Shown here piece by piece: positions 19,271 through 27,434 of a stretch of DNA of 64,000 bases. The position numbers were made by a program, and so were the translations under genes. Positions within the stretch are counted from its first letter, which is position 1; each line of letters starts with the position of its first letter. The notes below the pieces were generated by a model that was given only the letters and a program-made list of their open reading frames with translations, made no database searches and was not told the origin of the DNA. This DNA is from a virus. The stretch covers positions 64,001 to 128,000 of the IMG/VR virus record IMGVR_UViG_3300025138_000014; one strand, given 5' to 3'.

Positions 19271-20224
19271 ATGGATTTGAGTACACGTGAGAATGAATTC
19301 CTATGGTGTGAAAAGTATCGGCCCCAAAAGGTATCAGATTGTATCTTGCCTGAGGGGCTGAAAAATACCTTTGAAACACTTGTTAAAAAAGGTGAAATTC
19401 CAAACATGCTATTCACCGGCACAGCAGGTCTTGGTAAAACTACAGTAGCAAAAGCTATTTGTAATGAACTGGACCTAGACTATATACTGATTAACGGATC
19501 CGAAGAGGGTAACATTGATACGCTCCGTGGAAAGATTAAGCAGTTTGCATCTTCAATCAGCCTTCAAGGTGGTTATAAAGTTGTTATCCTAGATGAAGCG
19601 GACTATCTAAATCCGCAGAGTACACAACCAGCACTACGTGGTTTCATTGAAGAATTTTCTAATAATTGTAGATTTATTTTAACCTGCAATTTTAAAAATC
19701 GTATTATTGAACCTTTACATTCCAGATGTGGTGTGTATGAGTTTAATACTACCAAGAAAGAAATGGCCAAGTTATGCGAGAATTTCTTTTTCCGTTTCCG
19801 GCAGATATTGGAAAACGAGTATGTCGGATTTGAACAAAAAGATGCCGCCGATCTTATTGTCAAATATGCACCGGATTGGCGACGGGTACTTAACGAAGCC
19901 CAGCGTTCTGGAGTTAATGGCCAATTGGTCCTTAGCAGTCGGGTGGTGGGCAATAGTGATCAGTATAATCTTCTGTTTCAATTGTTAAAAGCAAAAGATT
20001 TTAAAAAGATGCGCACATGGGTAGTTAATAATATGGATGTAGATGCAGCCGCTATCTTCCGTGGTATATATGATAATATGCAGACAAGTGTTTCACAGGG
20101 TTCTATACCTCAGCTTGTTCTTATTCTAGCAGACTACCAATATAAGAATGCCTTTGTAGCAGATCACGAATTAAATATTGTGGCATGTTGTACAGAAATC
20201 ATGGCTAACGTGGAGTTCACATGA
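19271..20224 (+). CDS. gp44: Clamp loader large subunit gp44
   Basis: LWCEKYRP, GTAGLGKTT, ILDEAD, PLHSRC. Confidence 0.96.
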   Translation: MDLSTRENEFLWCEKYRPQKVSDCILPEGLKNTFETLVKKGEIPNMLFTGTAGLGKTTVAKAICNELDLDYILINGSEEGNIDTLRGKIKQFASSISLQGGYKVVILDEADYLNPQSTQPALRGFIEEFSNNCRFILTCNFKNRIIEPLHSRCGVYEFNTTKKEMAKLCENFFFRFRQILENEYVGFEQKDAADLIVKYAPDWRRVLNEAQRSGVNGQLVLSSRVVGNSDQYNLLFQLLKAKDFKKMRTWVVNNMDVDAAAIFRGIYDNMQTSVSQGSIPQLVLILADYQYKNAFVADHELNIVACCTEIMANVEFT

Positions 20225-21324
20225 GAATTGATCCAGATACAAAACTAGACTATAAAGATGTGTTATTAAGTCCTAAGAGGTCTACACTAACAAGTCGCAA
20301 TGAAGTAGACCTACGGCGTGAATTTTCATTTAGGTCAACTTCAGCCCAATATTTTGGCGTACCAATTATAGCAGCTAATATGGACGGCGTTGGTACTTTT
20401 GAAATGTCTGATAAACTTGGATCAAGAGGTTTATTCACTTGTCTTAATAAAAATTATAATGTAATGGAATACGTTGCTTATTTTGATGATCCAGATATGC
20501 CATTAGATCGTAAAGAATTTTCAGCATATACAATGGGTATTAGCGATAAAGATATGGCTGACTTCCTTAGTGTATATGAAATGTGCGATGGCAATATTAA
20601 ATATGTTTGCGTGGATGTAGCTAACGGCTACACACAAAGATTTATTACATTTGTTAAAGAATTAAAGAGATATTTTCCAACCCTAATTATTATTGCTGGT
20701 AATGTTGTTACAGCAAATCAAACAGAGGAGTTAATTTTAAATGGAGCCGATATCGTTAAAATTGGGATTGGTCCTGGTTCTGTTTGTACTACTCGCTTAC
20801 AGACTGGCGTTGGTTACCCTCAGCTTTCTGCAGTTATCGAGTGCGCTGATGCTGCTCATGGTTTGGGTGGGCATATCATTGCTGATGGTGGTTGCAACAC
20901 TCCAGCTGATGTAGTAAAAGCATTTGCAGGTGGAGCTGATTTTGTTATGCTTGGAGGTATGCTATCTGGTCACGATGAAGGCGGCGGAGAAGTTATTACC
21001 AAAGTCTATGAAACAAATGAAGTTACTCTCATGGCTGACGGTTTTTATGATTCAGTATATGAAGAAAAGAACTTTGTAAAATTTTATGGAATGAGTTCAG
21101 ATACTGCTAATGTTAAACACAACGGTGGGCTTAAAGATTATCGTAGTTCAGAAGGCCGTGAAGTTTTAGTTCCTTATCGAGGTCTTGTAGATGATACACT
21201 TCAAGATATTCTTGGTGGACTTAGAAGTGCGTGTACTTATGTTGGAGCAGAACAAATAAAAAATCTAAGTAAATGTACTACATTTATTCGTTGTAATGAT
21301 ACTCATAATAGGGTTTACGAATGA
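20221..21324 (+). CDS. guaC: GMP reductase
   Basis: LDYKDVLL.PKRSTL.SR, ANMDGVG, CVDVANGY, GIGPGSVCTTR, GYPQLSAVIECADAAHG, FYGMSS, YRSSEG. Confidence 0.93.
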   Translation: MRIDPDTKLDYKDVLLSPKRSTLTSRNEVDLRREFSFRSTSAQYFGVPIIAANMDGVGTFEMSDKLGSRGLFTCLNKNYNVMEYVAYFDDPDMPLDRKEFSAYTMGISDKDMADFLSVYEMCDGNIKYVCVDVANGYTQRFITFVKELKRYFPTLIIIAGNVVTANQTEELILNGADIVKIGIGPGSVCTTRLQTGVGYPQLSAVIECADAAHGLGGHIIADGGCNTPADVVKAFAGGADFVMLGGMLSGHDEGGGEVITKVYETNEVTLMADGFYDSVYEEKNFVKFYGMSSDTANVKHNGGLKDYRSSEGREVLVPYRGLVDDTLQDILGGLRSACTYVGAEQIKNLSKCTTFIRCNDTHNRVYE

Positions 21325-21587
21325 TAAAAAATCTGTTATTATATACAAAAGACAACTGCATCTATTGCCACTTTCTAAAAGAAAAGTTAGATGACTGGGA
21401 ATTTAAATATGATGTAGTACATAATGTTGGCTTACCTGCCGATCATAAAACTTATCCACAATTGTATTATGAAGGTATAGATGTTCAAAGAGGTTCTTCT
21501 ACTGATCTAACAAGAGATGATCTAATGAATAGAATTGAAAGAATAGAATGGCCAAATATGGATAGCGGAGTAGAAGGTAAATTATGA
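21321..21587 (+). CDS. Glutaredoxin-like protein
   Basis: YTKDNCIYC CxxC motif and TYPQL cis-Pro motif. Confidence 0.75.
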   Translation: MIKNLLLYTKDNCIYCHFLKEKLDDWEFKYDVVHNVGLPADHKTYPQLYYEGIDVQRGSSTDLTRDDLMNRIERIEWPNMDSGVEGKL

Positions 21588-21973
21588 GTATAAGTCCTTT
21601 TGATTTTTTAAATACAATCAATTCTAGTAAAAAAGATATTATGGTAGATGACTTAGCAGAAAAAGCATATGCTCCTTTTGTTATCAATCGCACTCTATCA
21701 TACTTTCCAGATACTGTTGGAATTGCAAATGAGATGAACCGATATCATCATATAGATAAAAAGCTACAATATCACTTTCTTATAAATATAGTTAGAAAAA
21801 GAAAGCGTTTTTCTAAATGGGCCAAGGCTCAAAAAGATAGTGATATTGATGCAGTTAAGACATATTATGGGTATAGTAATGAAAAAGCCCGTCAAGCCTT
21901 AACTCTATTATCACCTGAACAAATACAGATAATAATAGAGAAGGTGAGTAAAGGTGGAAAAAGAAGAAAATAA
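21584..21973 (+). CDS. gp62: Clamp loader small subunit gp62
   Basis: PFDFLNTIN, FVINR.LS, RKRFSKW, YYGYSNEKA. Confidence 0.92.
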   Translation: MSISPFDFLNTINSSKKDIMVDDLAEKAYAPFVINRTLSYFPDTVGIANEMNRYHHIDKKLQYHFLINIVRKRKRFSKWAKAQKDSDIDAVKTYYGYSNEKARQALTLLSPEQIQIIIEKVSKGGKRRK

Positions 21974-22370
21974 AATTATACAGTGGTCTCCGCAAACTAT
22001 GCTTGAGATTACATTAAATGAACCCGATGACTTTCTCAAAGTAAGAGAAACTTTAACACGTATCGGTGTTGCATCCCGAAAAGATAATAAATTATACCAA
22101 TCGTGCCATATCTTGCATAAACAAGGAAGATATTTTATAGTGCACTTTAAAGAATTGTTCCTTTTAGATGGAAAGAAGTCCAACCTAGATGAGAATGATA
22201 TATCAAGACGAAACACAATTGCAACTCTTATGTCTGATTGGGGTTTGGTTACAATGGAAACTAGAGGACAAACTCTCAGTTTAGCACCATTGAGACAAAT
22301 TAAAATTATACCATTTAAAGAGAAATCAAATTGGCAACTGTGTCCAAAATATAATATAGGAAATAAATAA
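21954..22370 (+). CDS. regA: Translational repressor RegA
   Basis: DDFLKVRETLTRIGVAS, LYQSCHILHKQGRYFIVHFKELF. Confidence 0.96.
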   Translation: MEKEENKIIQWSPQTMLEITLNEPDDFLKVRETLTRIGVASRKDNKLYQSCHILHKQGRYFIVHFKELFLLDGKKSNLDENDISRRNTIATLMSDWGLVTMETRGQTLSLAPLRQIKIIPFKEKSNWQLCPKYNIGNK

Positions 22371-22410
22371 CAGCTATTCCATAACCGACTAGCTAAAAAT
22401 TAATAACTTG

Positions 22411-22418
22411 TATAAATA
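22411..22418 (+). promoter_or_regulatory. Late promoter of the hsp20 operon
   Basis: Exact TATAAATA, intergenic, 60 nt before the hsp20 ATG. Confidence 0.75.
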
Positions 22419-22420
22419 GA

Positions 22421-22481
22421 CTTGTAGAGCGGATAATCCGGCTACAATTTAATCTTGCTTGCTCAAAAGGAGATAACAATG
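22421..22481 (+). promoter_or_regulatory. ROSE-like RNA thermometer in the hsp20 5' UTR
   Basis: 5' hairpin TTGTAG..CGGA-taa-TCCG..CTACAA, then UCUU(G)CUU pairing with AAGGAGA (SD) with a bulged G; this is the U(U/C)GCU ROSE signature upstream of a small heat-shock gene. Confidence 0.7.
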
Positions 22482-22937
22482 ACAGGCTTACACACACTCT
22501 TCCCTCGCTCATCTTTTGTAGGATTTGATCATCTATTCAACGAACTAGAATGGACGGCAAAACATGCTCAGGATCATTACCCACCCCACAATATTATTAA
22601 GACAGATGAATCAGAATATTTGATTGAACTTGCTATTGCTGGGTTTTCCAAAGATGAAATTAACGTTGAAGTTAAAGATAGAACTTTGACTGTTAAAGGG
22701 GAACATATTTCTAAAGGTCGTGACTTTATTCATCGTGGTATTTCTACGAAGAAATTTAAGCGCACTTTTCGGCTGTCTGAACATGTAAATGTAAACGGAG
22801 CAGATATTCAAGACGGTATTCTGGCAATTCAGTTGCAGTATATTATCCCAGAAGAAATGCGTCCTCGTAAAATCAATATTGGTCAAACGAGGAATTCAAA
22901 TGACACAGACAAAGAACTACTTAACGAAGGCCGTTAA
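22479..22937 (+). CDS. hsp20: Small heat-shock protein (Hsp20/IbpA family)
   Basis: FVGFDHLF, YPPHNI, IELAIAGF, HRGIS...F.R.F.L, GIL.I.L, PEEMRPRKI. Confidence 0.95.
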   Translation: MTGLHTLFPRSSFVGFDHLFNELEWTAKHAQDHYPPHNIIKTDESEYLIELAIAGFSKDEINVEVKDRTLTVKGEHISKGRDFIHRGISTKKFKRTFRLSEHVNVNGADIQDGILAIQLQYIIPEEMRPRKINIGQTRNSNDTDKELLNEGR

Positions 22938-23184
22938 GTTACCACTCAACATACTAAAATCAATTTGGAACGGCATTAAATTAAGTGCTGATATCCGTCA
23001 AACACGAGGTGAACTTTCAAAACTAAATGATGCTGAGTTAAGAGACATCGGTATAACTAGAGGTGATATTGAAGCGATAGCAAGAGGCGATGCTGATTTA
23101 CTACGTTCCGCAGTAAGGAATAAATTTTATTTACCAGATGGTCCTATAAGTTATGTTAATCCTAATTTAAAAGGATGGAGCTAA
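22900..23184 (+). CDS. DUF1127 (YjiS-like) small protein
   Basis: RQTRGELSKLNDAELRDIGITRGDI is the DUF1127 core; GAGG SD before ATG 22900. Confidence 0.85.
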   Translation: MTQTKNYLTKAVKLPLNILKSIWNGIKLSADIRQTRGELSKLNDAELRDIGITRGDIEAIARGDADLLRSAVRNKFYLPDGPISYVNPNLKGWS

Positions 23185-23366
23185 TGACAGCTATCAATAC
23201 AAACATATCTTTCTCTTCGCCATTATCGGACTTGTGGTTAGCATTCGAACGTTGGTTCCAGATAGTGGGATACAGCCGAGCGGCAGCGGAGTTGGCAAGA
23301 CATGGTCAATTAGAAGCAGCCAAAATGTGCATGATGGAAGTGAAAAGAGTACGTAATGGAAGGTGA
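23184..23366 (+). CDS. Small helical hypothetical protein
   Basis: GGAG SD, TAATG coupling; [13 protein letters not shown] motif. Confidence 0.65.
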   Translation: MTAINTNISFSSPLSDLWLAFERWFQIVGYSRAAAELARHGQLEAAKMCMMEVKRVRNGR

Positions 23367-23577
23367 TATCGCAACAATGGGCGCTCTAATTGGCGCTGGA
23401 CTAGCAACGTTCGGAATGGGTGGCGCCGCCATCGCAGTAGGAATGATTGTTGGTAGTGTACTTAAAGTTATGCCCAAGAAGCCTGACTCTGGTACTATGT
23501 TTGTTGGTATTGCTTTTGCAGAAGCATTAGGCATCTTTGCCTTTCTAACAGCATTGTTACTTATGTTCGCAGTCTAA
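23356..23577 (+). CDS. atpE: F0 ATP synthase subunit c homologue with rewired polar loop
   Basis: MEGDI..MGA.IGAGLA..GMGGAA and [26 protein letters not shown] closely match Rhodobacteraceae subunit c as I recall it; the loop lacks RNP. Confidence 0.9.
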   Translation: MEGDIATMGALIGAGLATFGMGGAAIAVGMIVGSVLKVMPKKPDSGTMFVGIAFAEALGIFAFLTALLLMFAV

Positions 23578-23789
23578 TGGCTGAGAATCATTTTAGTGCA
23601 GAAGTGGTACAACGCATAGGCTTTTACTCTTTTGCAACAATGTCTTCATTAATAGTAATATGTATTGCCTTTGGGTTTTATGCAGTATTACAAAAATTTA
23701 ATGAACCAAGTTGGAAAGAGGCATGTATTACCAATGGCGGAGTTCCCGTCCAGATTGCAAAGTCAACATTCGACTGTAAAGTCATATAA
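23577..23789 (+). CDS. Small membrane protein with C-terminal Cys pair
   Basis: One TM helix, then C..NGG.P......FDC; TAATG coupling to atpE. Confidence 0.6.
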   Translation: MAENHFSAEVVQRIGFYSFATMSSLIVICIAFGFYAVLQKFNEPSWKEACITNGGVPVQIAKSTFDCKVI

Positions 23790-23793
23790 AATA

Positions 23794-23817
23794 AAAAGAG
23801 GGCTTCGGCCCTCTTTT
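23794..23817 (+). terminator. Terminator closing the hsp20-atpE operon
   Basis: AAAAGAGGGC-TTCG-GCCCTCTTTT. Confidence 0.88.
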
Positions 23818-23821
23818 GCTA

Positions 23822-23850
23822 TTTACAACACCGTCATAATAGTTTATAAT
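23822..23850 (+). promoter_or_regulatory. Early promoter for gp43
   Basis: TTTACA-N17-TATAAT. Confidence 0.8.
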
Positions 23851-23876
23851 GATTATATCATAACGGAGTAATAATA

Positions 23877-26372
23877 TTGTCTTTTTACACATCAGTTAAT
23901 CGTTACGGCAACTCTATCTTATATCGTGGATATAATGACTCTGGAGTTGCTACAGAAACAAAATATAAATTTACCCCTAAACTTTATATTCGATCTCAAG
24001 ATACAAATACAGAATACAAAGCCCTAGATGGTACACCTGTAAAAGAAGTCAACTTTCCTAAAATGGCAGAAGCAAAAGAGTTTTGTGAACAGTACAAAGA
24101 TATTAAAGATTTCAGCGTGTATGGTCAGACCAATTATATTCAACAGTTTATTACAGATAAGTTTCCCGGCAATATTATATTTAATCCTAAACAAGTTAAT
24201 GTTGTAAACTTTGACATAGAAGTCGCTTCCGATGAGGGTTTTCCTAGACCAGAAGAAGCATTGTTTCCAGTTATATCTATTGCTCTCAAGTCTAGCAAAT
24301 CTTCCATATATGAAGTGTGGGGCCTTGGTGATTACGATCACGAGAAAACAGAATTGAATATGAATGGCGATCTTATTCGTTATAGAAAGTTTGATAGTGA
24401 GCAAGCACTTCTTGCCAGCTTCCATAAATATTGGTGTGAGAATAGACCAGATATTGTAACTGGCTGGAACTGTAGATTTTTTGATATACCATATATTATT
24501 AATAGATTGTATCGTATTGGTTCTCCAGAAGCAGTCAAAAGATTGTCTCCCTGGAACTTAGTAAATGAACGCAATACCAAAATCATGGGTAAAGAACAGC
24601 AAGGATATGAAATTGTTGGTATTCAACAAGCAGACTATCTTGAGCTGTTTAAAAAGTTTGGTTACTCTTATGGAACCCAAGAGTCATATGCATTAAATCA
24701 TGTTGCATTTACTGTTCTTGGCGAGAAGAAATTATCATATGAAGAACATGGTAGTTTGCATACACTCTATGAAAAAGATCACCAAAAGTTTATTGATTAT
24801 AACATTAAAGATGTTCAACTTGTTCAACGCATTGACGATAAGATGGGTCTTATTGAACTGGTACAAACTATGGCTTATCGTGCTGGTGTTAATATATCAG
24901 ATACATTTGGTACTACGGCGATATGGGATTCAATCATATATCGTTCACTAAATAGTCAAAAGATTGTTATCATGCCTATCACAGAAAAACAGAAACTACC
25001 TTACCCTGGTGGTTATGTAAAAGATCCAAAAGTTGGCATGCACGAGTGGGTTGTATCCTTTGACCTTAACTCACTATATCCAAATCTTATTGTACAATAT
25101 AATATGTCTCCAGAAACAATCGTTGGTGGTTATCCCCTTGAGAATGGCGTAGAACATTATATGAACTGTGACAAAGTTGTTAGCGAATATGCTGTAGCAG
25201 CTAACGGTTCTCAATATAGAAAAGATAAGCAAGGCATTATCCCTAAAATTATTATTCAGTATTATTCAGAACGTAAAGAAGTCAAGAAGCGCATGTTAAA
25301 AGCGCAGAGTGATTATGAGAAGAATAAAACCACAGAACTTGAAAGAGAAATCAATACACTTCATAACCAACAGATGGCTATTAAGATTTTGTTAAACAGT
25401 CTTTATGGCGCACTCGGTAATCGGTTCTTTAGATATTTTGATATGAGAATGGCCGAAGGTATTACTCTATCTGGTCAACTTTCTATCCTGTGGGCTGAAC
25501 GTGCTATCAATGCAGAAATGAATAAAATTCTAAATACAACGGAGAAAGATTATGTTATTGCTATTGACACTGACTCAGTCTATATTAATTTTGGTCCTCT
25601 TATTGCTAAACTGGCGCCAGCGGACCCTGTTAAAGCACTGGACAAAATATGTAAGGAGCACTTCACTAAAATACTAGCTGACTCTTATGCTAAACTGTTT
25701 GATAATATGAATGGTTATGATAATAGAATGGTTATGGAGCGTGAAGCAATTGCTGATAAAGCTATCTGGACTGCAAAGAAAAGATATATTTTAAACGTGC
25801 ATAATAACGAAGGAGTCCAGTACAAAGAACCTAAACTCAAGATCATGGGTATTGAAGCTGTTAAATCTTCGACACCTCAGGTTGTTAGAGACAAGTTCAA
25901 AGAAATTTTTGATGTTCTAATTAACGGTACTGAAGTTACCACTCAGAAATACATAGCAGACTTCAGACGTGAATTCAATTCTCTACCTCCCGAAGCCGTA
26001 TCATTTCCAAGAGGTGTGACTAATGTTACAGATTGGATAGATAGAAAGACCATTTTCAAGAAAGGCTGTCCAATTCATGTTCGTGGTTCTATTCTATACA
26101 ATAATACGGTCAAAAGTAAAGCAGTGGACAAAAGATATGGTTTAATTCAGAATGGTGAGAAGATTAAGTTTGTTTATCTCAAGATGCCAAATCCAATAAA
26201 GCAAAATGTTATAGCATTTCCGCAATATCTGCCTACTGAATTAGCCCTGCATAAATACATTGACTACGATAAAATGTTTGAGAAAACTTTTATTGAACCT
26301 ATTAAACCTATTCTGGACGCAATCGGATGGACTGTTGAAGATCAGATGACGCTGGAAGACTTTTTTGGATAA
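23877..26372 (+). CDS. gp43: Family B DNA polymerase gp43 (TTG start)
   Basis: ExoI FDIEV, SFDLNSLYP, K..LNSLYGALG, DTDS, KKRY; GGAG SD before TTG. Confidence 0.97.
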   Translation: MSFYTSVNRYGNSILYRGYNDSGVATETKYKFTPKLYIRSQDTNTEYKALDGTPVKEVNFPKMAEAKEFCEQYKDIKDFSVYGQTNYIQQFITDKFPGNIIFNPKQVNVVNFDIEVASDEGFPRPEEALFPVISIALKSSKSSIYEVWGLGDYDHEKTELNMNGDLIRYRKFDSEQALLASFHKYWCENRPDIVTGWNCRFFDIPYIINRLYRIGSPEAVKRLSPWNLVNERNTKIMGKEQQGYEIVGIQQADYLELFKKFGYSYGTQESYALNHVAFTVLGEKKLSYEEHGSLHTLYEKDHQKFIDYNIKDVQLVQRIDDKMGLIELVQTMAYRAGVNISDTFGTTAIWDSIIYRSLNSQKIVIMPITEKQKLPYPGGYVKDPKVGMHEWVVSFDLNSLYPNLIVQYNMSPETIVGGYPLENGVEHYMNCDKVVSEYAVAANGSQYRKDKQGIIPKIIIQYYSERKEVKKRMLKAQSDYEKNKTTELEREINTLHNQQMAIKILLNSLYGALGNRFFRYFDMRMAEGITLSGQLSILWAERAINAEMNKILNTTEKDYVIAIDTDSVYINFGPLIAKLAPADPVKALDKICKEHFTKILADSYAKLFDNMNGYDNRMVMEREAIADKAIWTAKKRYILNVHNNEGVQYKEPKLKIMGIEAVKSSTPQVVRDKFKEIFDVLINGTEVTTQKYIADFRREFNSLPPEAVSFPRGVTNVTDWIDRKTIFKKGCPIHVRGSILYNNTVKSKAVDKRYGLIQNGEKIKFVYLKMPNPIKQNVIAFPQYLPTELALHKYIDYDKMFEKTFIEPIKPILDAIGWTVEDQMTLEDFFG

Positions 26373-26380
26373 GGAAATAA

Positions 26381-27088
26381 ATGAAACATTATATTTTTGA
26401 TATTGACGGAACTTTAACTCCAAGCCGTGGCAGAATTGATCCAGAGTTTGAAACATTTTTTAAAAGTTTTATCAATAAGAATAAAGTGTCTTTAGTTACT
26501 GGGTCAGATAGACCAAAAACTTTAGAACAAATTGGTATTGAAATCTCTGATAGTGTTGATACAATGTATCAATGCTCTGGTAATCACATTTGGAAAAAAG
26601 GTAAAGAGGTATCAAGAATAGATTGGCGCTTACCACATAAAGTGGTTCAATGGCTTTTAATAACTCTTGAGAATAGCAGCTATTCAAAAAGAACCGGTGA
26701 TCATCTTGAAGAAAGAGTTGGTCTTGCCAATTTCTCCATAGTGGGAAGAAAAGCAGATGCACGTCAAAGAAAAGCATATGTAAAATATGATACTAACGTG
26801 GGGGAACGTAAGCTAATTGCTTACAGATTTAATGAAAAATTTGGTAAAAAACTTAAAGCACAGGTTGCTGGAGAAACTGGTATAGATATTATCCCACTTG
26901 GTTGTGATAAGTCTCAAATATTAAAACAGATACCACTTGATGATACAATAATCTTTTTTGGGGATAAGACTGAACTAGGTGGCAATGACTATGAAATTGC
27001 ACAAGCTGTGGATAAAAGATTAAACGGACACTTCCATACAGTCACTGAATGGAAACATACATATAGTATATTGAAAGAGGAAATATAA
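26381..27088 (+). CDS. HAD-IIB phosphomannomutase-like enzyme
   Basis: FDIDGTLT, VTGSD, NFSIVGR, DKSQ, FFGDKT..GGNDYEI as in eukaryote-type PMM. Confidence 0.8.
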   Translation: MKHYIFDIDGTLTPSRGRIDPEFETFFKSFINKNKVSLVTGSDRPKTLEQIGIEISDSVDTMYQCSGNHIWKKGKEVSRIDWRLPHKVVQWLLITLENSSYSKRTGDHLEERVGLANFSIVGRKADARQRKAYVKYDTNVGERKLIAYRFNEKFGKKLKAQVAGETGIDIIPLGCDKSQILKQIPLDDTIIFFGDKTELGGNDYEIAQAVDKRLNGHFHTVTEWKHTYSILKEEI

Positions 27089-27396
27089 TGAACGAAGTAG
27101 CACATTACGAAGAACTTATTGCACAGTGGCACCATGACCGCAATCTAATTAACGGAAGTACCGATAAAGATCAATATATGAAGTTGATTCAAGAAGCAGG
27201 TGAGTTGTCTGATAACATCTGCAAGGGCAGAGATATTCGTGACGACATTGGTGATATGATGGTAGTATTAATTAATATTGCAGAGCGTAATAAATTAACT
27301 CTTGCAGAATGTCTTAAAGTAGCATATGATGATATTAAAGACCGAAAGGGTAAAATGATTGACGGAGTATTTGTCAAAGAAAGTGATTTACAATAG
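27088..27396 (+). CDS. MazG-like nucleotide pyrophosphohydrolase
   Basis: KL.QEAGEL...DDIGDMMVVL, AYDDIKDRKG. Confidence 0.85.
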   Translation: MNEVAHYEELIAQWHHDRNLINGSTDKDQYMKLIQEAGELSDNICKGRDIRDDIGDMMVVLINIAERNKLTLAECLKVAYDDIKDRKGKMIDGVFVKESDLQ

Positions 27397-27415
27397 TGTT
27401 GGATTATGTTATAAT
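27387..27415 (+). promoter_or_regulatory. Early promoter
   Basis: TTTACA-N17-TATAAT. Confidence 0.8.
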
Positions 27416-27434
27416 AAGACAATAAGGAGAATAC

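Noticed and set aside
22455-22478. TTG start for hsp20 given in the ORF track
   Set aside because: These codons are the anti-SD/SD hairpin of the leader; the SD-spaced ATG is at 22479
20221-27396. 2-aminoadenine (dZ) or 7-deazaguanine pathway suggested by guaC and MazG
   Set aside because: No purZ, datZ, folE, queC/D/E or dpdA recognisable in the window
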